Positions 37,030 to 48,107 of a stretch of 64,000 bases of DNA are shown in pieces. Made by a program: the position numbers and the translations under genes. The stretch's first letter is position 1, and the number at the start of each line of letters is the position of its first letter. The stretch is from the NCBI GenBank assembly GCA_963693365.1, contig CAVNZM010000003.1, forward strand, positions 12,925,252 through 12,989,251. The letters run 5' to 3'. The stretch comes from Amoebidium appalachense. Taxonomy: Eukaryota; Protista; Ichthyosporea. The notes beneath the pieces are model-generated. The model was not told the origin of the DNA and searched no databases. It saw only the letters and a program-made list of their open reading frames with translations.

Positions 37030-40000
37030 CTATGCCCAAACGGTAGCGGCACCATCCATTAGTACGTTGAGGGGCCCCATCAGCCCCTCGCTGCACATAT
37101 TCATCTGGTATTTCCCTGTTACCGACTTGGCGGTGGCACATCCATCGACTTTCCTCCGCTTCACAACCCTCTCAATTGAGCCTCCCGTGTGAAAATTGAG
37201 ACACCGACTAGCCATAGTTATTACCTCGTCAATGTCGTATGGACTTGCTCCTGGCTCAACTGATGCAATCACAGTGGGCATTCTGTTGCCCTCTAAAACC
37301 GATATCTGTGATAAGTTAGCAGCCAGATGACCCACCACCGCGGGGGTCATGTCACTTGGTGTGAATTCCACACGACTCCAGTGAAACGGCGTTCCACTCT
37401 TACACCGGGACGGCTCCCCTGCAACTAATATAGTGGCAATTAACTTCTGAACAAGCTCCCCCTTTACCGTGCTGGGGGTTGTCTCGCGCGGCACCCTTGC
37501 AAAAGCATACACAACATTCATGACTGCCAACGTGCATCGCAGTGTGGTTCCACCCGCATCGTACAGCTGCCTGGCAACTGTGGCACCTGCTTCCGGGTTG
37601 AGTGTGTTGCAAAGTTCCATTAGGGCCGCTTTTCCTATGGCAAGATACTCGGTCGTAGTTAGGCTGCTGCGGTCCATCCTGGCTATGTCATCGGTTGTGA
37701 TGTTGGGGATACTGTCAAACGCTGGGGTCTGGAGGCCATGCAGAACACGTGCTGACTCCTCCACCAGCCTCTCCAAGCGCTCCTTGCGACGGTCCGTGGC
37801 AGCCCACCCCATTGTTTTGAGGTGGTGTAAGAAAACTAGGTAAAATCGCTCACGGTTGAGGATCATTTCACGCCTGTTTGACACAAACAACGGGAGAAGC
37901 GGAGATTCATACAGCCAAGAATAACCATTCATGATCGCGTCATTCAGTGTGTCCCGGCGTGTCAGTTCAGGGTGCAGACATATAGGCGCACCCGCCTTGT
38001 ACACATGACTGTGTCGCCAGATGATGTCACCGGTGGTCAGATGCCGGACACGCATTAGCGACTGGGCCCCATCGCGAGCCGTGCAGCTCTCTGTAGACGT
38101 ACTCATTATTGCAGTGTTGAATGGCTTGTCGTGTAAGTCGTAGTTTAGACCAACCGTGATGGTTGGGGTAGTGAGCACCATCTGCTTCTCTCCCCATTGC
38201 TGGTTGATGCTGGTCTTGTTGCTGATGAGACCGTGGTTTGCTCCTATAAGAGACTTTGCTTGGGCGCCGGTGTACACAATATGCCTTTCCTTGACGCTGG
38301 GCACCTCCTCGATGCTATACTGTAACAGGCGTCCAAGTGCATCCACGCCGGTGAGGACACCAAATATTCGCTGGCCATCCCTGAGGCGCCGGGCTGTCTC
38401 CAACTCTAAAGGTCCTGCTGTCCCCTTTTCCTGGCCCGGCTCGCGATTGGAGACCCGAATAACATGCCGCCGCTCACTCACGCCACCGTTGTACACAAAA
38501 ATTGCCTTTTTGGGGTCGCCCCCATCCTTCGACAACCGAGCGATGTCTGCAAGAACCTTGGCCCGGCCATCGATAAAGGCATCCGCCAGGATGACGCTCT
38601 TTGAAGTCTCCAACAGCCACACCAGTGCCTCCATGTTTGACTGTAGCTTGTTTCCATGCGTCGCCAGGGACCCGCACTCCATTGCAATAGAGGTGCACTC
38701 GTCGAGCATTAGCAGTGTGGGTGCTGGGATATTGGCTGCTGGCAGGCGGTGCAGTGACTCAACCTGTACGACTATAATGTTGGCTTTTTGCAGCATCGAT
38801 GGGGATGCCCTGCGATAGTCAGCAATATTGGCATGTGGCAAAGCCTCTCAGAGAACCTGCAGCACGGCATCACTGTAGGTCACACGCGGGGAAATAATGA
38901 CCACAATCCCGCCGTTGTTAACCTTCCACTGGATTACCCCGATAGACTGCCTGGTCTTGCCAGTGCCTAGGCCTGCCTGCATGACAACAACCTCGTATTG
39001 GTGTTTCATTAGGTACTGCAGTGGCGGGTAGACGTACGGGTACGGTGAGCCTGGGTATGGAGGAATGTCAACAGTAGATGCGGGTATGGCCTGACTGGCA
39101 GTGGCAGCGTGAGTGGCTTCAAGCCCCTGTGTGTGATATGCATGCACGTCGTATCCATTTCCCATTGTAGTAAAATCCCAAAAAGTAAAAAGGTCCTCGA
39201 TGGCACTCTGGACAGCCCCAGCGCCACGGAATCGCAGGGTGTATGGGCTGCATTTGTGTGCCACCCATGCCAGTGTCGCATATGTCAGGCCTCCATTTTG
39301 GGGGCCACTCACATCTTGTGCCTTCATTAGCTCCCACTCGCGCTCTCCCCAAGCACGGACACTCTCTGCCCCGTATTGCAGTGGGTCTGTGTGTGTCTGC
39401 AACCAGGCCACCCATATCATTTTCTTGTCTGCCCTGCTACGGACAGGTGTGCTCGAACTCCGCATGGCTCGCCCCAGCCAACGCGCACCTTCCAATGACT
39501 GTGGTCCGCAGTATCGTAGAAGGGTGCAGTCCACAACATTCTCATCCACCAACAGCGCCTCAAAGGCTGCAATCTGGTCCTTTGTGGGCTCGGAAAAGCT
39601 GAACAATGCACTGGCGGTGTCTCCTCCTATAGACCTGATGCACTGCCTTTTGCCTGTGCAGTGCCCAGAATGGCAATGGTAGTATACTGCACCATACGTT
39701 GGGTTGACTGTTATATAGAACCCGTTGCTGTCGTGCTGGGGGCCAAACAGGCACTGCCGCCGCCCTTTGCATGCCGATATGAACAGCCCAGGGTCACGGC
39801 CCTGTGCAACAGTCATGCCCTTGTGGTGTTCCAATGTGTCTACCAGCAGATTGACAGCAGCAAGAACAGACGGGTCACCAAAGTTAAACTGCGTTCTTCC
39901 AGCACTGTTTCCTTCAACGCACGGCCCGGCCACTCTAGGTGCGCGTAGCTCCTTGTTTTTGCCACACTTGGCTCCGTCTAGGGAAGCATCGAGTTTATCC

Positions 40001-40812
40001 ATGTATGGGAATCTCTCCACATTAAAGTCGAGCTCAGCGAACCTGGGCACAAGACGCACAGCAGTGTCCAGAATGGCTTTTGTTGACACCAGGACATCAC
40101 CAGGCATATGGTGGCGAGAGGCAAGGTACAGTTGAACAGGAAACAGAGGATTCTCAACGGGCAGTAGTGGTGTGTTTGTTTTGTCGTTTTTCTTGCTTGA
40201 GTAGATGGTGCGGAGTAAGCGGTTCACTGTGTATACCTTCCAGTCGATGTACTGCCGGTTTGCGTCGGGGAGCAGAGTGTACACAACATGCATGAAGGCT
40301 GATAGACTCTTCATGTTCTCAAACCGCAAATGGGGGAAAACGACATGATAGGAAGATTTGTGTAGAGTTGTGCCTTTCTTTTCGACTATCCGATGCCCCT
40401 GTGTGAGCACACTTGTCCCTGCCACATAATCTTTAATTCCGAGTTCACTTACGGCGATTTGCTTGACTAAATCACTCACGGCGATGCGAGCTTCATCGAC
40501 TTCTGCATGCCCACCTGGGCCGTCGTGCTCTCCTTCAATATCTAGGTAAAGACTGACCTCTCCATCAGAGCGGCATATTTCGTAATAGTGTGATGCCTTG
40601 TGCCTCAGTCTGTTTTGGTGCAGCACGTGCAAAAAGTCATGCATATCTCCAAAACATTTATAGACCTTGTTTGCTGTCTTGGCACTTCTGTCCACACTAA
40701 CAAAAAATGCGTATGGTGGGGCCTGGGCCTTGGCATATTGGAAACACAGATCCTGCTTTCCTATGTCAGGTGACACTCGCAGGCGGTGTGACTCTGTCTT
40801 GCGCCGATCCAT
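37030..40812 (-). pseudogene. AEP primase/PrimPol-Zn finger-SF2 (herpes UL9/origin-binding-like) helicase fusion with one in-frame TGA (38848-38850)
   Basis: HYYEI, LYLDIE, KSSYHVVF, IDWKVYTVNRLLR; HDSN...YHCHSGHC; AGLGTGKT, LDECTS, TPTITVGLNYD, QSLMRVR. The two ORFs are in the same frame: VLQVL*EALPH. Confidence 0.85.
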
Positions 40813-40894
40813 TGCCTGCCCTATGCAGCCCCTATCTGTCTAACAAGGGAGAGAAAAAAATGAAATGTTCACAAAACACTCCAAATTTTTGTTT

Positions 40895-41938
40895 GGCGGA
40901 GAGGGGACCATTAGGGGTCGACACCCCTGGGGATGGTATACTAAATTCTACCAAAAAACGGATGTCAACCCCTGGTGCGTTCAATTTGATTGGTGGAGAG
41001 GGCACCATTAGGGGTCGACACCCCTGGGGATGGTATACTAAATTCTACCAAAAAACGGATGTCAACCCCTGGTGCGTTCAATTTGATTGGTGGAGAGGGC
41101 ACCATTAGGGGTCGACACCCCTGGGGATTTGGTCTTAACCAATCAAATCCACGTTACTGGATGTAACGTTGAAACGTGTTTGTGTGCATAAGATAACGTG
41201 TGTGTGATTATACTATCAGCGGGTGGAGAGGGCACCATTAGGGGTCGACACCCCTGGGGATGGTATACTAAATTCTACCAAAAAATGGATGTCAACCCCT
41301 GGTGCGTTCAATTTGATTGGTGGAGAGGGCACCATTAGGGGTCGACACCCCTGGGGATTTGGTCTTAACCAATCAAATCCACGTTACTGGATGTAACGTT
41401 GAAACGTGTTTGTGTGCATAAGATAATGTGTGTGTGATTATACTATCAGCGGGTGGAGAGGGCACCATTAGGGGTTGACACCCCTGGGGATGGTATACTA
41501 AATTCTACCAAACAACGGATGTCAACCCCTGGTGCGTTCAATTTGATTGGTGGAGAGGGCACCATTAGGGGTCGACACCCCTGGGGATGGTATACTAAAT
41601 TCTACCAAAAAACGGATGTCAACCCCTGGTGCGTTCAATTTGATTGGTGGAGAGGGCACCATTAGGGGTCGACACCCCTGGGGATGGTATACTAAATTCT
41701 ACCAAAAAATGGATGTCAACCCCTGGTGCGTTCAATTTGATTGGTGGAGAGGGCACCATTAGGGGTCGACACCCCTGGGGATGGTATACTAAATTCTACC
41801 AAAAAATGGATGTCAACCCCTGGTGCGTTCAATTTGATTGGTGGAGAGGGCACCATTAGGGGTCGACACCCCTGGGGATGGTATACTAAATTCTACCAAA
41901 AAACAGATGTCAACCCCTGGTGCGTTCAATTTGATTGG
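40895..41938. repeat. Tandem array: eight 97-bp units plus two 133-bp variant units
   Basis: Unit starts at 40895, 40992, 41089 (variant), 41222, 41319 (variant), 41452, 41549, 41646, 41743 and 41840. Confidence 0.95.
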
Positions 41939-42272
41939 ATGACTGACGGATGCCACCGATTGACCATCATAGGCTTTCGAAAATCCTCTATTTTGATTGG
42001 CTAAAAATCACACAAATCAAACTCCGCTTAGAGAACGCTTTGAAATGCAGCGTCTCCGCTTGGAGAATGCTTTGAATGTATATGGTCATGCAACGTCTCA
42101 GCTTGGAGAATGCTTTGAAATGTATACGGTCATGCAATGTCTCAAACGCCGTTGAGAGGTAGGAACGGCCTCTGGGGCTCTTTCTTGCATGTGCTGGCTG
42201 GCTCGGCAACTATATAAAGCAACAAACGAACACAGGTGCATGCGTATTTTTTCTGTGCTTACAGTGAACACG

Positions 42273-43925
42273 ATGGCCGACTATCCGATCCCCATCACGC
42301 ACCTTGGTCTGCGCGGGCTCCCAGCCCTGGACATCGAGCCGCGGCACAAGACCTACTACATGTCAGGGCATGCGGTGATACTGCCTACCTCGTCTGTCCC
42401 CAAGCTGCTGAAGGTGCTGTTTGCTGCACCCCTTCCGGGAGCCTCTGAGTGGCAGCGCTGGACCACACGGAGATCGACAAGGACACCACCCGCGTCACCT
42501 TTGCCTTGAAGAAAGGAGCGACCGTGGTGGCACTGCAGCGGGTGTTGAAGAGGGCTGGGCTCGGGGGTCTGTGCGTCACGAAGAGGGTCCCGCTTCCAGT
42601 CAACTGGCAGAACTGCCATAAAAGGGCATCGGGGTCTGCGGATGTGCCCGAGAAAGAGCCCGTGAAGGAGCCCAAGCCCACGTCAGTTAAGAAGGCGCCC
42701 TCTGCGGGGACGGGTGCCGGAGCCAACGAGCAGCCCCAAGCACAGGCCGGACATGGTACCAAGGTTGTGCTCAAGCAACTGGGCAAGGAGTTCCCGCTCT
42801 TTGCGGGGGCCAACATCAGGGTGAAGGACGGCAAGCAGGCCTCGGTGGTTGACGTGTTTGAGTTGGTGCTGGGGGCCCGAGAGGCAGCCAAAAAGTCATG
42901 GCAACGGCTTGTGTCCCTAACCAAAAGGGACAACGAGTCCCTTAAAGACACCCAAATTTGTGACACCCAAATGAACACCGAATCCATAAACGTGCATGAG
43001 GCTGCCAAGGATTTGTGGGCCCAGAGTGTGATACAGAGCCACGCACTGCTGGACCCCGCAGCTACAGTTGCCGATGTGGTGCACCGCGTGCAGCACGTAA
43101 AGATGGAGGGCTCTAGGCGCCCTGTGGCTGTCGCTGACTTCACCACCCTCCTGGAGCTCGTCTACATTCTCCCGGGCAAGCGCGCCAACCACATCCGCCA
43201 CCAGAGCGCCAAGTACATGTCGCGGCTGCTGTCCAGAGACCTGCTGCTGGTGGAGGAGATAGAGCGGCGCTACCTGTCCAGCACGGAGGAGGAGAGGGAG
43301 TTCTTCCGTGCAGGGGTGGGGGGAGACGGAGGGCCGTAAACGGAAACGCGAGGAGCTGGAGGAGGAGCTGGAGGCGCGGAGGGCGGCGGAGGTGCGGAAG
43401 CGGCAGATGGAGGAGTTGGAATACCGTGAGCGGCAGGCGGCTGTTGAGGAGAGGGAGATTGCGATTGAGAGGGCGCGCTTGGAAACAGAGAAGGCTAAAA
43501 AGGTGGCAGTGAAGGAAGATATGGATATGCTTAAGATTTTTGGGCTCGAGAGGGACGCAGCCCTGCACATGGCCCTGGTTGACCGGTTCAAGAACTTGGT
43601 GTGTGGGGAGCAAACCAGTGGCAGTGTGGTGGGACGAGAGCAAGACGGCGTGGAGGGCAGAAAGCAACCTAACGTGGCTACGGTTGCGGACTGGGTGCAT
43701 GCGCGCACCGGGAGGCTGCATACAACCGAGCAGTGTATGCTTATTGGGATACAGGCCTCAAAGCTGTACAGGAAGCGGTATGGCCACCCTGTGCCTAATG
43801 GGACAATCAAGAGCGTCAACGGTGCGAATGTCGAAGTCAAGCAGTATACCACAACCGACTTTAACCTACTGGAGGAGGCATACAAGCTAGCAAAGGAAGC
43901 ACGGCCGGGTGTGTTTAAGTTTTAG
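42273..43925 (+). pseudogene. Bro-N-like DNA-binding protein with coiled coil; apparently frameshifted near 42440 and 43320
   Basis: IRVKDGKQASVVDVF...WQRL...RPVAVADFTTLLELVYILPGKRANHIR...DLLLVEEI. Three overlapping ORFs; TATATAAA at 42211. Confidence 0.65.
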
Positions 43926-44179
43926 CTAGGTAACATGCAACCAAAGAGACACCCGGATATCTAGGGGATGTGTGGTTGGAGATAAAGTAGTGCGGCTGAC
44001 TAGCATGGTGTTGAACTAGACGGCCATTTGTGTGGATGAAAAATGTTTCATGTAGCTCTGTTGGCTTTTGTGTGGTTGTGTCTCCCTAAGTACGGTTGGC
44101 TATGTTTAGGCTTTAACTAGGTCCAGCACGTTTGGGTATACGATAAGACATGTGTATGGGAGGGGGTTTTTGCGGCGGC

Positions 44180-44445
44180 GGGGGGGGGGGGGGGGCTTCG
44201 ACTATGTTACATGGCAGAGCCTAAGACATGGGAATGGTGCCGTTAAAATCTGGTAGGATATAGGCTTGGCTCTGAAACACGGAAAAGCCTTTGTGTTTTT
44301 TTTTTGGGGGGGGGGGGGCTTCGGCTATGTTACATGGCAGAGCCCAAGACATGGGAGTGGTGCCGTTAAAATCTGGTAGGATATAGGCTTGGCTCTGAAA
44401 CACGGAAAAGACTTTGTTTTGTGTTTTTTTTTGGGGGGGGGGGGG
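44180..44445. repeat. Two tandem copies of a unit of about 123 bp, bounded by poly-T/poly-G
   Basis: GCTTCG(A/G)CTATGTTACATGGCAGAGCC at 44195 and 44318. Confidence 0.9.
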
Positions 44446-44584
44446 CTGATGGCGTGGCTGGCTTGACTTGTGCCGTTTTATTCACTTGGCCCACACCAAG
44501 GTGGTCAACGAACAATTTGACTGTAATAAATTTACGGTTGCATTTTTACTGTGTACACCGCGCGTCGCCAAAGCCCAACCCCAC

Positions 44585-45038
44585 TCAACGCTGCCTGACC
44601 CGCCCACCCGCGTGCGGGCCCGCCCGGACCTGCACGGCCACCCTCCTGAGCTGCGAGAACCACTGGTCGTAGCAGGAAAACCCAAGCAGCTTCTCCGCAA
44701 ACGCGTGCAGCTGGTTGGCCGTGGTGCAGTCGTTCACCCTCTCCATTATCTGCTGGTTTATGGCCTCTGCCGTGCCCACGCGCATGCTGCTGTCCCCGGC
44801 AAAACGGTCAAACACGGCGTGGTTGAGCAGGAACGCGGCTGCTCCCAGCTGGAAGCTGTCTGTGTAGTGCAGAAAGTGTGCTGTTTGGTATGCCAGTGGT
44901 AGAGAGGCAACTGCGGTGTCGCAGTCCACCAGTGTGGCTTGCCCAGGAACAGTTCCTACATAGACACCATTTGTGTTGGGGCTTGGCTGTGTGTGTTTGG
45001 TGGTGTCGGCGAGGGGGCGGCGGGGGTGGGTAGCCATG
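44585..45038 (-). CDS. Hypothetical protein
   Basis: MATHPRRP... ORF. Confidence 0.45.
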
Positions 45039-45132
45039 TTGACTTGGGCAGCGTGTCTGTGTTTGGGTGCCAGTTGTGCTGTGTTGTGGCTGATATGTGC
45101 CACAGTGTGTAGCAGCCAGCACCGAGCAGAAC

Positions 45133-45322
45133 GTCCAAAGCGGTGCTTTGGTCAGTCTACGTCCCTGCGTCCAAAGTGGCGGTTTGGTTCGTCTGGTAGT
45201 AGTACGCCCACGTCTAAAGTGGTGCTTTGGTCAGTCTACGTCCCTGCGTCCAAAGTGGCGGTTTGGTTCGTCTGGTAGTAGTACGCCCCACGTCTAAAGT
45301 GGCGCTTTGTTTAGTCTACGTC
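45133..45322. repeat. About 2.3 copies of an 80-bp unit with CCAAAG...CTTTGG hairpins
   Basis: Direct sequence. Confidence 0.85.
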
Positions 45323-45967
45323 TCCGTGGGCCTGCCTGGTGAGAAACCGGACCAGGCCAAAGTGCCGGGTGAGGCTCTGTAGGCCATGCAAGAACTGGCG
45401 CTTGAAGTATGCCTTGCGGCCCTTGGTGTCTACCATTGGCTGGGACCACTGCACCCGCTGTGCATGGTACACCAAATCGTCTCCTGCAAACCACTGCAGC
45501 GCTGATTTCTCTCGGTAGTCCTTGCGGGCTGCCCCGGACACGGGGTCCACTGCCTCGGGAACAATCGCCGCCAGTTGCGCGGGAGGCAGTGCCATGCGGT
45601 TCTGGAACTCTGTGTTGAAGTCCACATATGCCACCTCAATGAAGTATGTGGTGAAAAGCCTCCCTCCCTGTGTAATGCATGTGAACGATGGTGTGTTCCT
45701 GCCTGCCACCAGAACTCGGTGCAGGTGCTCCTGTGAGAAGATCACACCCATGGTCTCCTCGTGGAACTCTCTTGCAGCGGTGGCCTCGGGGGGCTCTTGC
45801 ATGTTCTTGGGCTTGCCGCCAAAGGAGCAGAACCTGCCGTCCAGATACTCGCACCCCAGCAGAAACATGAGGTCACCGGTGGGGCCAAAAGCAAAAGGCA
45901 CCACACCCGCACCGCCACAATGGCGCCCCAGTATGGGTGCCGTCTGTATGCCGACCAGCCGCATGAT
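45311..45967 (-). CDS. Nudix hydrolase (NCLDV decapping-like)
   Basis: GAGVVPF...FLLG...FGGKPKNMQEPPEATAAREFHEETMG. Confidence 0.9.
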   Translation of the reverse strand: MMRLVGIQTAPILGRHCGGAGVVPFAFGPTGDLMFLLGCEYLDGRFCSFGGKPKNMQEPPEATAAREFHEETMGVIFSQEHLHRVLVAGRNTPSFTCITQGGRLFTTYFIEVAYVDFNTEFQNRMALPPAQLAAIVPEAVDPVSGAARKDYREKSALQWFAGDDLVYHAQRVQWSQPMVDTKGRKAYFKRQFLHGLQSLTRHFGLVRFLTRQAHGDVD

Positions 45968-46002
45968 GTCTAACTTTTCCACGAGGGGGCAAGAAAAAAA
46001 AA

Positions 46003-46734
46003 CTACGCACGTCGGCGCGTTATTATACCGGGGTCAGCACGGAAAATAAAGCACCGGTCAGTCAGAATGTTGGACTTCACAGTGCGGTCCAGCACCAGGC
46101 ATGCGTAGTTTTGTGTGCACGCGTCCATCAGCTCGCAAAACTGGTGGTAGGTAGGCACGAAGCCAAAAAAGGACTCGTACAGTTTTTTTCGCTCAAGCAC
46201 GCTGTCTTCGTGAAACAGAAATATGTATTGCGCGTTGGAGCGCAGGTCTGGACCCAGGGATTTTGAAAACTGCACGCTCATGAGTAGCAGCCAGAAGAAG
46301 TGCCTGCCGTTGAAGAACAGCTGGCGGATGGTTGCATCCTTTTTGATATTTGCGTCGTACACGCAGTCTTCCAGCACGCAGTAAAGATTTAGGGGGCGCT
46401 TGTGCACGCGGTTTCGGCCACGTGCAACCCTGTTCCGTTGCTTCTGGTATGTCTTCATGAGCACATCGGGCTTGTATTCAAAATGGATGTATTTCGGCGG
46501 AACCAGGCGGGACCAGAACTGGTTGCCGTCTTCTGTGGGCGAGAACACAATGCCTGCGGGGACGCGCGGGAGTTTTGCGGCAAGCACGTGTGCCATGGCG
46601 ACCGACTTGCCGCTGCCTCGTTGTCCCAGGAACAGGCAGATGCTCTCTGATTTCACGGTCTGTGGCCAGAAGGGCCGGATGGTGCCCAGCGAAGTCTGCA
46701 CGGGAGCGGTACATGGGCTGCTGGCAGCCTGCAT
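46003..46734 (-). CDS. A32-like virion DNA packaging ATPase
   Basis: GQRGSGKS; VFSPTEDGN; VLEDC; FFNGRH; PDLRSN; MDACTQNYACLVLD. Confidence 0.95.
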   Translation of the reverse strand: MQAASSPCTAPVQTSLGTIRPFWPQTVKSESICLFLGQRGSGKSVAMAHVLAAKLPRVPAGIVFSPTEDGNQFWSRLVPPKYIHFEYKPDVLMKTYQKQRNRVARGRNRVHKRPLNLYCVLEDCVYDANIKKDATIRQLFFNGRHFFWLLLMSVQFSKSLGPDLRSNAQYIFLFHEDSVLERKKLYESFFGFVPTYHQFCELMDACTQNYACLVLDRTVKSNILTDRCFIFRADPGIITRRRA

Positions 46735-46828
46735 TTTCGCTGTGGTACGGTTTGTGATGTGGCAGGAAAAAAATAGAGCAATCCCGTAGACACCGTCCTG
46801 GCGACAACCGCGCGCAAACATGTACCAC

Positions 46829-47110
46829 TCAGTAGTATCTGATTTTGACATTGGGGTTGGCCTGTGCCTTATCAAATGCTTCATAGAGCTTTTTTGCACG
46901 TGGGTCTAGCTCTGGCTTTTTCCAGAAGAGTTTTCCTAGTGTCGATCGCCGGTCTTGGAAATAAAGAATTATGGCAAGGCCCAACACAAGCTCGTTGATT
47001 CTGTTTGTGTATCTTGCAACAGCAGAAGCAGACACAAACAATGCAATCGCTGATGCTGCGGAGCCCAGCAGGATGCCCCTGCCAACAATGGCCAATGTTT
47101 CGCTGTTCAT
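46829..47110 (-). CDS. Small two-TM membrane protein
   Basis: Hydrophobic segments in a 93-aa ORF. Confidence 0.55.
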   Translation of the reverse strand: MNSETLAIVGRGILLGSAASAIALFVSASAVARYTNRINELVLGLAIILYFQDRRSTLGKLFWKKPELDPRAKKLYEAFDKAQANPNVKIRYY

Positions 47111-47957
47111 TCTCGGTTCGGTAAACACGCGCGCATTTTTTTGCCTAAGTGGTGAAACATGGAGTCTGAACGGGAACTCTACCTACGCTTTTTCATGCAT
47201 GTGCAGCGCCGATTCAAATCAAAAGCACATGTGCGAAGGTGGCTGTGGAATTATGGGCTGGTGGACATGCCCCCCGGTGCCAATATCAAGCAGTTGCGAA
47301 TGGCCCTTGCTCGCAACCGCCTTGTGCTGACCATGTTTCGTGCAGCCACGGCCATTGAGCGCTGTTATCGTCTATATCAAAAGCGCAAATTCTTTGCATG
47401 TATCAACAACACGTGCGACCCCATTACCATGGACAATGTGCAGCTCATTGCCCCTGCAGCGAGGTTTGTGTACACACGCGGAAATGCCAATTACATGTGT
47501 GATGGCCGCGCGCTTGCGCGCTACATGCTTTCCACGGGAAAGGGAGTGGACCCGTTCACGCACACGGCCTTTACGGAGGAGGAACTGGCGCGGGTGTGGG
47601 CCTTGACGGGCTACCCTATTCGCACACAGGCACAGCTGGCAGACATCAGACGGGCAAAGGAGGCCCGTGACGATCTGGCACATCTTCTTGAAGCACTGTG
47701 TACAGAGACCATTGAGGAGGTTGCAGAAATGGTGTTGGGGCCTCCAGGTGGCCATGTGTTCTGGGGTTTACGCTGTTTACTCGAGGCAAAGAGAACCAGT
47801 CTCAGGTATGGGGGGGGGGGTTTTGCTCGGAATATCCCCTCAGCGGTATATCATGATCACGTACATAGATGTCGGGTGGTGACTATATATCAGGGTTTAC
47901 TTTCTCTACGAGACACCATAAAGACTACAAGGAGAAATCAATTAGTTGGGGTTCCCC

Positions 47958-48005
<48 letters not shown>

Positions 48006-48037
48006 GGGCTCCCCTCGGGACACTCGGTATCAGCTGG

Positions 48038-48086
<49 letters not shown>

Positions 48087-48107
48087 GTGTGTGTGTGTGC
48101 GCGTGCG

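Noticed and set aside
40895-41938. CRISPR array
   Set aside because: Units are near-identical over their whole length, with no unique spacers and no cas genes.
28282-46734. Polinton/adintovirus
   Set aside because: Integrase and packaging ATPase are present, but there is no protein-primed PolB, adenain or TIR; the gene content and size are NCLDV-like.
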